From NCBI RefSeq assembly GCF_009914755.1, contig NC_060946.1: a DNA stretch of 64,000 nucleotides, one strand, 5' to 3'. Positions 11,901 to 25,500 of the stretch are shown here, piece by piece; position 1 is the first letter of the stretch, and every line of letters begins with the position of its first letter. The position numbers and the translations under genes are program-made. This DNA is from the human T2T-CHM13v2.0 reference genome, Homo sapiens. A model generated the notes under the pieces. That model was not told the origin of the DNA. It made no database searches and saw nothing but the letters and a program-made list of their open reading frames with translations.

Positions 11901-14900
11901 GGCTCGGCCTACAGGGGAATCTTGACATATCTCTGCACTGTTAACCGAGGTGATTTAACTCTTGTCTAGGCTGTGCCCACAGGGGGATTGAGACATATCT
12001 CTGCACTGATCCCGAGGTGATACAACTCTTGCCTGGTCTCTGCCTACTGTGGACATTGTGACATATCTCTGCACTGATCTCCCAGGTGCTGTAACTTTAG
12101 TCTAGGCTCTGGCTACACGGCATTGTGACATATCACTGCACTGATCACCCAGGCGATATAACTCTTCTCTAGGATCTGACCACAGGGTGCTTTGTGACAT
12201 ATCCCTGCAATGATCACCCAGGTGATATACCACTTGCCAAGGCTCTGCCTACAGGGGCATTGCAATGTATCTCTGCACTGATCACCTAGGTCTTGTAGCT
12301 ATTTTCTAGGATCTGCCTACAGGGTGCTTTGTGACGTGTCCCAGCAAGGATTACCCAGGTGATGTACCTCTCATCAAGGCTCTGCCTACAGGCACATTGT
12401 GATGTATCTCTGCACTGATCACCTAGGTCATGTAAATTTTGTCTAGGCTCTACCTACGTTGGCATTGTGACATATCTATGCACTAATCATCCAAGTGATG
12501 TAACTCTTGTCTAGGATGTGCCTAAATTAACTTTTTGACATAACCCTGTACTGATCATCCAGGTGATGGAGCTTTTGTCTAGGCTCTGCCTAAGGGGGCA
12601 TTGTGACATATTTCTGCATTGATCACCCAGGTGGCGAACTCTTCTCTCGGATCTGCCTATGGGGGCATTGTGAGAAATCTCTGCACTGATCACCCAGGTG
12701 ATGTAACTGTTGTGTAAACTCTGCCTACAGGGGAATTGTGAGAGATCTCGACACTGATTACCCAAGTGATGTAACCGTTGTCTAGGCTTTCATACAGGGG
12801 GCTTTGTGACATACCTTTGCACTGATCACCCAGGTGATGTAACACATCTAAGTTCGGCCTAAAGGAGCTTTGTGACATATCTCTGCACTGATCGCTTAGG
12901 TGATGTAACACTTTTATAATCACTGCCTACAGGGAATTTTGACAAACCTCTGCACTGATCACCTAGGTGATGTAACTCTTGTCTACCCTCTGTCCAACGG
13001 GGCATTGTGAAATATCTCTGCACTGATCACCCAGGTGATTCAACTCTTGACTAGGAACTGCCTACAGAGGTTATTGTGAAATATCTCTGCACTGATAAAC
13101 TAGGTGGTGTAACCCTTGTCCAAGCTCTGCCTACAGGGGCGTTTCCACATATCCCTGAACTGATGACAGAGGTGATGTAACTCTTGCCTAGGCTTTGCCT
13201 ACAGGGAACATTGGACATATATCTGCACTGATCACCCAGGTGATGCAACTCTTGCCTAGGCTTTGCCTACAGGGGACATTGTGACATATCTCTTCAATGA
13301 TCACTCATGTGATGCATCTCTTCCCTAGGCTTTGCCTACAGGGGACATTGTGACATATCTCTGCACTGATCTCCCAGGTGCTGTAACTTTAGTCTAGGCT
13401 CTGGCTACACGGCATTGTGACATATCACTGCACTGATCAACCAGGTGATATAACTCTTGTATAGGCTCTGCCTACAGGGGGATTGTGACCTACCTCTGCA
13501 CTGATCACCCAGGTGATATAACTCTTCTCTAGGATCTTCCTACAGGGTACTTTGTGACATATCCCTGCACTGATCACCCAGGTGATCTATCTCTGGTCTA
13601 AGCTCTGCCTAAAGGGGCATTGTGAGAGATCTCTGCACTGATCACTCAGGTGATGTAAGTATTGTCTAGGCTCTGCTTCAAGGGGCCTTGTCACATATCC
13701 CTGCACTGATCACCCAGGTGATGTAACTCTTGTCTAGGCTCTGCTTCCAGGGCATATTGTGACATATCTATGCACTGATCACCTTAGTGATGTAACACTT
13801 TGGTAGGCTCGGCCTACAGGGGAATCTTGACATATCTCTGCACTGTTAACCGAGGTGATTTAACTCTTGTCTAGGCTGTGCCCACAGGGGGATTGAGACA
13901 TATCTCTGCACTGATCCCGAGGTGATACAACTCTTGCCTGGTGTCTGCCTACTGTGGACATTGTGACATATCTCTGCACTGATCTCCCAGGTGCTGTAAC
14001 TTTAGTCAAGGCTCTGGCTACACGGCATTGTGACATATCACTGCACTGATCACCCAGGCGGTATAACTCTTCTCTAGGATCTGACCACATTGTGCTTTGT
14101 GACATATCCCTGCAATGATCACCCAGGTGATATACCACTTGCCAAGGCTCTGCCTACAGGGGCATTGCAATGTATCTCTGCACTGATCACCTATGTCTTG
14201 TAGCTATTTTCTAGGATCTGCCTACATGGTGCTTTGTGACGTGTCCCAGCAAGGATTACCCAGGTGATGTACCTCTCATCAAGGCTCTGCCTACAGGCAC
14301 ATTGTGATGTATCTCTGCACTGATCACCTAGGTCATGTAAATTTTGTCTAGGCTCTACCTACGATGGCATTGTGACATATCTCTGCACTAATCATCCAAG
14401 TGATGTAACCCTTGTCTAGGATGTGCCTAAATTAACTTTTTGACATAACCCTGTACTGATCATCCAGGTGATGGAGCTTTTGTCTAGGCTCTGCCTAAGG
14501 GGGCATTGTGACATATTTCTGCATTGATCACCCAGGTGGCGAACTCTTCTCTCGGATCTGCCTATGGGGGCATTGTGAGAAATCTCTGCACTGATCACCC
14601 AGGTGATGTAACTGTTGTGTAACCTCTGCCTACAGGGGAATTGTGAGAGATCTCGTCACTGATTACCCAAGTGATGTAACCGTTGTCTAGGCTTTGCATA
14701 CAGGGGGCTTTGTGACATACCTTTGCACTGATCACTCAGGTGATGTAACACATCTAAGTTCGGCCTAAAGGAGCTTTGTGACATACCTCTGCAATGATCA
14801 CTTAGGTGATGTAACACTTTTATAATCACTGCCTACAGGGAATTTTGACAAATCTCTGCACTGATCACCTAGGTGATGTAACTCTTGTCTACCCTCTGTC

Positions 14901-16570
14901 CAACTTGACATTGTGAAATATCTCTGCACTGATCACCCAGGTGATTCAACTCTTGACTAGGAACTGCCGACAGAGGTTATTGTGAAATATCTCTGCACTG
15001 ATAAACTAGGTGGTGTAACCCTTGTCCAAGCTCTGCCTACAGGGGCGTTTCCACATATCCCTGAACTGATGACAGAGGTGATGTAACTCTTGCCTAGGCT
15101 TTGCCTACAGGGAACATTGGACATATATCTGCACTGATCACCCAGGTGATGCAACTCTTGCCTAGGCTTTGCCTACAGGGGACATTGTGACATATCTCTT
15201 CAATGATCACTCATGTGATGCATCTCTTGCCTAGGCTTTGCCTACAGGGGACATTGTGACATATCTCTGCACTGATCTCCCAGGTGCTGTAACTTTAGTC
15301 TAGGCTCTGGCTACACGGCATTGTGACATATCACTGCACTGATCAACCAGGTGATATAACTCTTGTATAGGCTCTGCCTACAGGGGGATTGTGACCTACC
15401 TCTGCACTGATCACCCAGGGGATATAACTCTTCTCTAGCACCTTCCTACAGGGTACTTTGTAACATATCCCTGCATTGATCACCCAGGTGATCTATCTCT
15501 GGTCTAAGCTCTGCCTAAAGGGGCATTGTGACAGATCTCTGCACTGATCACTCAGGTGATGTAAGTATTGTCTAGGCTCTGCTTCAAGGGGCCTTGTCAC
15601 ATATCCCTGCACTGATCACCCAGGTGATGTAACTCTTGTCTAGGCTCTGCTTCCAGGGCATATTGTGACATATCTATGCACTGATCACCTTAGTGATGTA
15701 ACACTTTGGTAGGCTCGGCCTACAGGGGAATCTTGACATATCTCTGCACTGTTAACCGAGGTGATTTAACTCTTGTCTAGGCTGTGCCCACAGGGGGATT
15801 GAGACATATCTCTGCACTGATCCCGAGGTGATACAACTCTTGCCTGGTCTCTGCCTACTGTGGACATTGTGACATATCTCTGCACTGATCTCCCAGGTGC
15901 TGTAACTTTAGTCTAGGCTCTGGCTACACGGCATTGTGACATATCACTGCACTGATCACCCAGGCGATATAACTCTTTTCTAGGATCTGACCACAGGGTG
16001 CTTTGTGACATATCCCTGCAATGATCACCCAGGTGATATACCACTTGCCAAGGCTCTGCCTACAGGGGCATTGCAATGTATCTCTGCACTGATCACCTAG
16101 GTCTTGTAGCTATTTTCTAGGATCTGCCTACAGGGTGCTTTGTGACGTGTCCCAGCAAGGATTACCCAGGTGATGTACCTCTCATCAAGGCTCTGCCTAC
16201 AGGCACATTGTGATGTATCTCTGCACTGATCACCTAGGTCATGTAAATTTTGTCTAGGCTCTACCTACGATGGCATTGTGACATATCTCTGCACTAATCA
16301 TCCAAGTGATGTAACTCTTGTCTAGGATGTGCCTAAATTAACTTTTTGACATAACCCTGTACTGATCATCCAGGTGATGGAGCTTTTGTCTAGGCTCTGC
16401 CTAAGGGGGCATTGTGACATATTTCTGCATTGATCACCCAGGTGGCGAACTCTTCTCTCGGATCTGCCTATGGGGGCATTGTGAGAAATCTCTGCACTGA
16501 TCACCCAGGTGATGTAACTGTTGTGTAAACTCTGCCTACAGGGGAATTGTGAGAGATCTCGACACTGATT
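5900..16570. repeat. Two-HOR (56-monomer) super-repeat, period 3811 bp, ~2.8 copies
   Basis: Variant-specific ORFs occur at 6238/10049/13860, 8700/12511 and 8879/12690. Markers AACTTGACATT (~7280/11091/14902) and CCAGGGGATA (~7794/11605/15416) are all 3811 bp apart. Boundaries are approximate. Confidence 0.88.
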
Positions 16571-19500
16571 ACCCAAGTGATGTAACCGTTGTCTAGGCTT
16601 TGCATGCAGGGGGATTTGTAACATACCTTTGCACTGATCACCCAGGTGATGTAACACATCTAACTTCGGCCTAAAGGAGCTTTGTGACATATCTCTGCAC
16701 TGATCACTTAGGTGATGTAACACTTTTATAATCACTGCCTACAGGGAATTTTGACAAATCTCTGCACTGATCACCTAGGTGATGTAACTCTTGTCTACCC
16801 TCTGTCCAACGGGGCATTGTGAAATATCTCTGCACTGATCACCCAGGTGATTCAACTCTTGACTAGGAACTGCCTACAGAGGTTATTGTGAAATATCTCT
16901 GCACTGATAAACTAGGTGGTGTAACCCTTGTCCAAGCTCTGCCTACAGGGGCGTTTCCACATATCCCTGAACTGATGACAAAGGTGATGTAACTCTTGCC
17001 TAGGCTTTGCCTACAGGGAACAATGGACATATATCTGCACTGATCATCCAGGTGATGCAACTCTTGCCTAGGCTTGGCCTACAGGGGACATCGTGACATA
17101 TCTCTTCAATGATCACTCATGTGATGCATCTCTTGCCTAGGCTTTGCCTACAGGGGACATTGTGACATATCTCTGCACTGATCTCCCAGGTGCTGTAACT
17201 TTAGTCTAGGCTCTGGCTACACGGCATTGTGACATATCACTGCACTGATCAACCAGGTGATATAACTCTTGTATAGGCTCTGCCTACAGGGGGATTGTGA
17301 CCTACCTCTGCACTGATCACCCAGGTGATATAACTCTTCTCTAGGATCTTCCTACAGGGTACTTTGTGACATATCCCTGCACTGATCACCCAGGTGATCT
17401 ATCTCTGGTCTAAGCTCTGCCTAAAGGGGCATTGTGACAGATCTCTGCACTGATCACTCAGGTGATGTAAGTATTGTCTAGGCTCTGCTTCAAGGGGCCT
17501 TGTCACATATCTCTGTACTGATCACCCAGGTGATGTAACTCTTGTCTAGGCTCTGCTTCCAGGGCATATTGTGACATATCTATGCACTGATCACCTTAAT
17601 GATGTAACACTTTCGTAGGCTCGGCCTACAGGGGAATCTTGACATATCTCTGCACTGTTAACCGAGGTGATTTAACTCTTGTCTAGGCTGTGCCCACAGG
17701 GGTATTGAGACATATCTCTGCACTGATCCCGAGGTGATACAACTCTTGCCTGGTCTCTGCCTACTGTGGACATTGTGACATATCTCTGCACTGATCTCCC
17801 AGGTGCTGTAACTTTAGTCTAGGCTCTGGCTACACGGCATTGTGACATATCACTGCACTGATCACCCAGGCGATATAACTCTTTTCTAGGATCTCACCAC
17901 AGTGTGCTTTGTGACATATCCCTGCAATGATCACCCAGGTGATATACCACTTGCCAAGGCTCTGCCTACAGGGGCATTGCAATGTATCTCTGCACTGATC
18001 ACCTAGGTCTTGTAGCTATTTTCTAGGATCTGCCTACAGGGTGCTTTGTGACGTGTCCCAGCAAGGATTACCCAGGTGATGTACCTCTCATCAAGGCAGT
18101 GCCTACAGGCACATTGTGATGTATCTCTGCACTGATCACCTAGGTCATGTAACTTTTTTCTAGGCTCTACCTACGATGGCATTGTGACATATCTCTGCAC
18201 TAATCATCCAAGTGATGTAACTCTTGTCTAGGATGTGCCTAAATTAACTTTTTGGCATAACCCTGTACTGATCATCCAGGTGATGGAGCTTTTGTCTAGG
18301 CTCTGCCTAAGGGGGCATTGTGACATAATTCTGCATTGATCCCCCAGGTGGCGAACTCTTCTCTCGGATCTGCCTATGGGGGCATCGTGAGAAATCTCTG
18401 CACTGATAACCCAAGTGATGTAACTGTTGTGTAACCTCTGCCTACAGAGGAATTGTGAGAGATCTCGTCACTGATTACCCAAGTAATGTAACCGTTGTCT
18501 AGGCTTTGCATGCAGGGGGATTTGTGACATACCTTTGCACTGATCACCCAGGTGATGTAACACATCTAACTTCGGCCTAAAGGAGCTTTGTGACATAACT
18601 CTGCACTGATCACTTAGGTGATGTAACACTTTTATAATCACTGCCTACAGGGAATTTTGACAAATCTCTGCACTGATCACCTAGGTGATGTAACTCTTGT
18701 CTACCCCCTGTCCAACGGGGCATTGTGAAATATCTCTGCACTGATCACCCAGGTGATTCAACTCTTGACTAGGAACTGCCTACAGAGGTTATTGTGAAAT
18801 ATCTCTGCACTGATAAACTAGGTGGTGTAACCCTTGTCCAAGCTCTGCCTACAGGGGCGTTTCCACATATCCCTGAACTGATGACAAAGGTGATGTAACT
18901 CTTGCCTAGGCTTTGCCTACAGGGAACAATGGACATATATCTGCACTGATCATCCAGGTGATGCAACTCTTGCCTAGGCTTGGCCTACAGGGGACATCGT
19001 GACATATCTCTTCAATGATCACTCATGTGATGCATCTCTTGCCTAGGCTTTGCCTACAGGGGACATTGTGACATATCTCTGCACTGATCTCCCAGGTGCT
19101 GTAACTTTAGTCTAGGCTCTGGCTACACGGCATTGTGAGATATCACTGCACTGATCAACCAGGTGATATAACTCTTGTATAGGCTCTGCCTACAGGGGGA
19201 TTGTGACCTACCTCTGCACTGATCACCCAGGTGATATAACTCTTCTCTAGGATCTTCCTACAGGGTACTTTGTGACATATCCCTGCACTGATCACCCAGG
19301 TGATCTATCTCTGGTCTAAGCTCTGCCTAAAGGGGCATTGTGACAGATCTCTGCACTGATCACTCAGGTGATGTAAGTATTGTCTAGGCTCTGCTTCAAG
19401 GGGCCTTGTCACATATCTCTGCACTGATCACCCAGGTGATGTAACTCTTGTCTAGGCTCTGCTTCCAGGGCATATTGTGACATATCTATGCACTGATCAC

Positions 19501-22500
19501 CTTAGTGATGTAACACTTTGGTAGGCTCGGCCTACAGGGGAATCTTGACATATCTCTGCACTGTTAACCGAGGTGATTTAACTCTTGTCTAGGCTGTGCC
19601 CACAGGGGGATTGAGACATATCTCTGCACTGATCACGAGGTGATACAACTCTTGCCTGGTCTCTGCCTACTGTGGACATTGTGACATATCTCTGCACTGA
19701 TCTCCCACGTGCTGTAACTTTAGTCTAGGCTCTGGCTACATGGCATTGTGACATATCACTGCACTGATCACCCAGGCGATATAACTGTTCTCTAGGATCT
19801 GACCACAGGGTGCTTTGTGACATATCCCTGCAATGATCACCCAGGTGATATACCACTTGCCAAGGCTCTGCCTACAGGGGCATTGCAATGTATCTCTGCA
19901 CTGATCACCTAGGTCTTGTAGCTATTTTCTAGGATCTGCCTACAGGGTGCTTTGTGACGTGTCCCAGCAAGGATTACCCAGGTGATGTACCTCTCATCAA
20001 GGCTCTGCCTACAGGCACATTGTGATGTATCTCTACACTGATCACCTAGGTCATGGAAATTTTGTATAGGCTCTACCAACGATGGCATTGTGACATATCT
20101 CTGCACAAATCATCCAAGTGATGTAACTCTTGTCTAGGATGTGCCTAAATTAACTTTTTGACATAACCCTGTACTGATCATCCAGGTGATGGAGCTTTTG
20201 TCTAGGCTCTGCCTAAGGGGGCATTGTGATATATTTCTGCATTGATCCCCCAGGTGGCGAACTCTTCTCTCGGATCTGCCTATGGGGGCATTGTGAGACA
20301 TCTCTGCACTGATCACCCTGGTGATGTAACTGTTGTGTAACCTCTGCCTACAGGGGAATTGTGAGAGATCTCGCCATTGATTACCCAAGTGATGTAACCG
20401 TTGTCTAGGCTTTGCGTACAGGGGGCTTTGTGACATACCTTTGCACTGATCACCCAGGTGATGTAACACATCTAAGTTCGGCCTAAAGGAGCTTTGTGAC
20501 ATATCTCTGCACTGATCGCTTAGGTGATGTAACACTTTTATAATCACTGCCTACAGGGAATTTTGACAAATCTCTGCACTGATCACCTAGGTGATGTAAC
20601 TCTTGTCTACCCTCTGTCCAACGGGGCATTGTGAAATATCTCTGCACTGATCACCCAGGTGATTCAACTCTTGTCTAGGAACTGCCTACAGAGGTTATTG
20701 TGAAATATCTCTGCACTGATAAACTAGGTGGTGTAACCCTTGTCCAAGCTCTGCCTACAGGGGCGTTTCCACATATCCCTGAACTGATGACAGAGGTGAT
20801 GTAACTCTTGCCTACGCTTTGCCTACAGGGAACATTGGACCTATATCTGCACTGATCACCCAGGTGATGCAACTCTTGCCTAGGCTTTGCCTACAGGGGA
20901 CATTGTGACATATCTCTTCAATGATCACTCATGTGATGCATCTCTTGCCTAGGCTTTGCCTACAGGGGACATTGTGACATATCTCTGCACTGATCTCCCA
21001 GGTGCTGTAACTTTAGTCTAGGCTCTGGCTACACGGCATTGTGACATATCACTGCACTGATCAACCAGGTGATAAAACTCTTGTATAGGCTCTGCCTACA
21101 GGGGGATTGTGACCTACCTCTGCACTGATCACCCAGGTGATATAACTCTTCTCTAGGATCTTCCTACAGGGTACTTTGTGACATATCCCTGCACTGATCA
21201 CCCAGGTGATCTATCTCTGGTCTAAGCTCTGCCTAAAGGGGCATTGTGACAGATCTCTGCACTGATCACTCAGGTGATGTAAGTATTGTCTAGGCTCTGC
21301 TTCAAGGGGCCTTGTCACATATCTCTTCACTGATCACCCAGGTGATGTAACTCCTGTCTAGGCTCTGCTTCCAGGGCATATTGTGACATATCTATGCACT
21401 GATCACCTTAGTGATGTAACACTTTGGTAGGCTCGGCCTACAGGGGAATCTTGACATATCTCTGCACTGTTAAACGAGGTGATTTAACTCTTGTCTAGGT
21501 TGTGCCCACAGGGGGATTGAGACATATCTCTGCACTGATCCCGAGGTGATACAACTCTTGCCTGGTCTCTGCCTACTGTGGACATTGTGACATATCTCTG
21601 CACTGATCTCCCAGGTGCTGTAACATTAGTCTAGGCTCTGGCTACACGGCATTGTGACATATCACTGCACTGATCACCCAGGCGATATAACTCTTCTCTA
21701 GGATCTGACCACAGGGTGCTTTGTGACATATCCCTGCAATGATCACCCAGGTGATATACCACTTGCCAAGGCTCTGCCTACAGGGGCATTGCCATGTATC
21801 TCTGCACTGATCACCTAGGTCTTGTAGCTATTTTCTAGGATCTGCCTACAGGGTTCTTTGTGACGTGTCCCAGCAAGGATTACCCAGGTGATGTACCTCT
21901 CATCAAGGCTCTGCCTACAGGCACATTGTGATGTATCTCTGCACTGATCACCTAGGTCATGTAAATTTTGTCTAGGCTCTACCTATGATGGCATTGTGAC
22001 ATATCTCTGCACTAATCATCCAAGTGATGTAACTCTTCTCTAGGATGTGCCTAAATTAACTTTTTGACATAACCCTGTACTGATCATCCAGGTGATGGAG
22101 CTTTTGTCTAGGCTCTGCCTAAGGGGGCATTGTGACATATTTCTGCATTGATCCCCCAGGTGGCGAACTCTTCTCTCGGATCTGCCTATGGGGGCATTGT
22201 GAGAAATCTCTGCACTGATCACCCAGGTGATGTAACAGTTGTGTAACCTCTGCCTACAGGGGAATTGTGAGAGATCTCGCCACTGATTACCCAAGTGATG
22301 TAACCGTTGTCTAGGCTTTGCGTACAGGGGGCTTTGTGACATACCTTTGCACTGATCACCCAGGTGATGTAACACATCTAAGTTCGGCCTAAAGGAGCTT
22401 TGTGACATATCTCTGCACTGATCACTTAGGTGATGTAACACTTTTATAATCTTTGCCTACAGGGAATTTTGACAAATCTCTGCACTGATCACCTAGGTGA

Positions 22501-25500
22501 TGTAACTCTTGTCTACTCTCTGTCCAACGGGGCATTGTGAAATATCTCTGCACTGATCACCCAGGTGATTCAAATCTTGACTAGGAACTGCCTACAGAGG
22601 TTGTTGTGAAATATCTCTGCACTGATAAACTAGGTGGTGTAACCCTTGTCCAAGCTCTGCCTACAGGGGCGTTTCCACATATACGTGAACTGATGACAGA
22701 GGTGATGTATCACTTGCCTAGGCTTTGCCTACAGGGAACATTGGACATATATCTGCACTGATAACCCAGGTGATGCAACTCTTGCTTAGGCTTTGCCTAC
22801 AGGGGACATTGTGACATATCTCTTCAATGATCACTCATGTGATGCATCTCTTGCCTAGGCTTTGCCTACAGGGGACATTGTGGCATATCTCTGCACTGAT
22901 CTCCCAGGTGCTGTAACTTTAGTCTAGGCTCTGGCTACACGGCATTGTGACATATCACTGCACTGATCAACCAGGTGATATAACTCTTGTATAGGCTCTG
23001 CCTACAGGGGGATTGTGACCTACCTCTGCACTGATCACCCAGGTGATATAACTCTTCTCTAGGATCTTCCTACAGGGTACTTTGTGACATATCCCTGCAC
23101 TGATCACCCAGGTGATCTATCTCTGGTCTAAGCTCTGCCTAAAGGGGCATTGTGACAGATCTCTGCACTGATCACTCAGGTGATGTAAGTATTGTCTAGG
23201 CTCTGCTTCAAGGGGCCTTGTCACATATCTCTTCACTGATCACCCAGGTGATGTAACTCTTGTCTAGGCTCTGCTTCCAGGGCATATTGTGACATATCTA
23301 TGCACTGATCACCTTAGTGATGTAACACTTTGGTAGGTTCGGCCTACAGGGGAATCTTGACATATCTCTGCACTGTTAACCGAGGTGATTTAACTCTTGT
23401 CTAGGTTGTGCCCACAGGGGGATTGAGACATATCTCTGCACTGATCCCGAGGTGATACAACTCTTGCCTGGTCTCTGCCTACTGTGGACATTGTGACATA
23501 TCTCTGCACTGATCTCCCAGGTCCTGTAACTTTAGTCTAGGCTCTGGCTACACAGCATTGTGACATATCACTGCACTGATCACCCAGGCGATATAACTCT
23601 TCTCTAGGATCTGACCACAGGGACCTTTGTGACATATCGCTGCAATGATCACCCAGGTGATATACCACTTGCCAAGGCTCTGCCTACAGGGGCATTGCAA
23701 TGTATCTCTGCACTGATCACCTAGGTCTTGTAGAAATTCCTAGGATCTGCCTACAGGGTGCTTTGTGACGTGTCCCAGCAAGGATTACCCAGGTGATGTA
23801 CCTCTCATCAAGGCTCTGCCTACAGGCACATTGTGATGTATCTCTGCACTGATCACCTAGGTCATGTAAATTTTGTCTAGGCTCTACCTACGATGGCATT
23901 GTGACATATCTCTGCACTAATCATCCAAGTGATGTAACTCTTGTCTAGGATGTGCCTAAATTAACTTTTTGACATAACCCTGTACTGATCATCCAGGTGA
24001 TGGAGCTTTTGTCTAGGCTCTGCCTAAGGGGGCATTGTGACAGATTTCTGCATTGATCCCCAAGGTGGCGAACTCTTCTCTCGGATCTGCCTATGGGGGC
24101 ATTGTGAGAAATCTCTGCACTGATCACCCAGTTGATGTAACTGTTGTGTAACCTCTGCCTACAGGGGAATTGTGAGAGATCTCGCCACTGATTACCCAAG
24201 TGATGTAACCGTTGTCTAGGCTTTGCGTACAGGGGGCTTTGTGACATACCTTTGCACTGATCACCCAGGTGATGTAACACATCGAAGTTCGGCCTAAAGG
24301 AGCTTTGTGACATATCTCTGCACTGATCGCTTAGGTGATGTAACACTTTTATAATCACTGCCTACAGGGAATTTTGACAAATCTCTGCACTGATCACCTA
24401 GGTGATGTAACTCTTGTCTACCCTCTGTCCAACGGGGCATTGTGAAATAAATCTGCACTGATCACCCAGGTGATTCAACTCTTGACTAGGAACTGCCTAC
24501 AGAGGTTATTGTGAAATATATCTGCACTGATTAACTAGGTGGTGTAACCCTTGTCCAAGCTCTGCCTACAGGGGCGTTTCCACATATCCCTGAACTGATG
24601 ACAGAGGTGATGTAACTCTTGCCTAGGCTTTGCCTACAGGGAACATTGGACATATATCTGCACTGATCACCCAGGTGATGCAACTCTTGCCTAGGCTTTG
24701 CCTACAGGGGACATTGTGACATATCTCTTCAATGATCACTCATGTGATGCATCTCTTGCCTAGGCTTTGCCTACAGGGGACATTGTGACATATCTCTGCA
24801 CTGATCTCCCAGGTGCTGTAAGTTTAGTCTAGGCTCTGGCTACACGGCATTGTGACATATCACTGCACTGATCAACCAGGTGATATAACTCTTGTATAGG
24901 CTCTGCCTACAGGGGGATTGTGACCTACCTCTGCACTGATCACCCAGGTGATATAACTCTTCTCTAGGATCTTCCTACAGGGTACTTTGTGACATATCCC
25001 TGCACTGATCACCCAGGTGATCTATCTCTGGTCTAAGCTCTGCCTAAAGGGGCATTGTGACAGATCTCTGCACTGATCACTCAGGTGATGTAAGTATTGT
25101 CTAGGCTCTGCTTCAAGGGGCCTTGTCACATATCTCTGCACTGATCACCCAGGTGATGTAACTCTTGTCTAGGCTCTGCTTCCAGGGCATATTGTGACAT
25201 ATCTATGCACTGATCACCTTAGTGATGTAACACTTTGGTAGGCTCGGCCTACAGGGGAATCTTGACATATCTCTGCACTGTTAACCGAGGTGATTTAACT
25301 CTTGTCTAGGTTGTGCCCACAGGGGGATTGAGAGATATCTCTGCACTGATCCCGAGGTGATACAACTCTTGCCTGGTCTCTGCCTACTGTGGACATTGTG
25401 ACATATCTCTGCACTGATCTCCCAGGTGCTGTAACTATAGTCTAGGCTCTGGCTACACAGCACTGTGACATATCACTGCACTGATCACCCAGGCGATATA

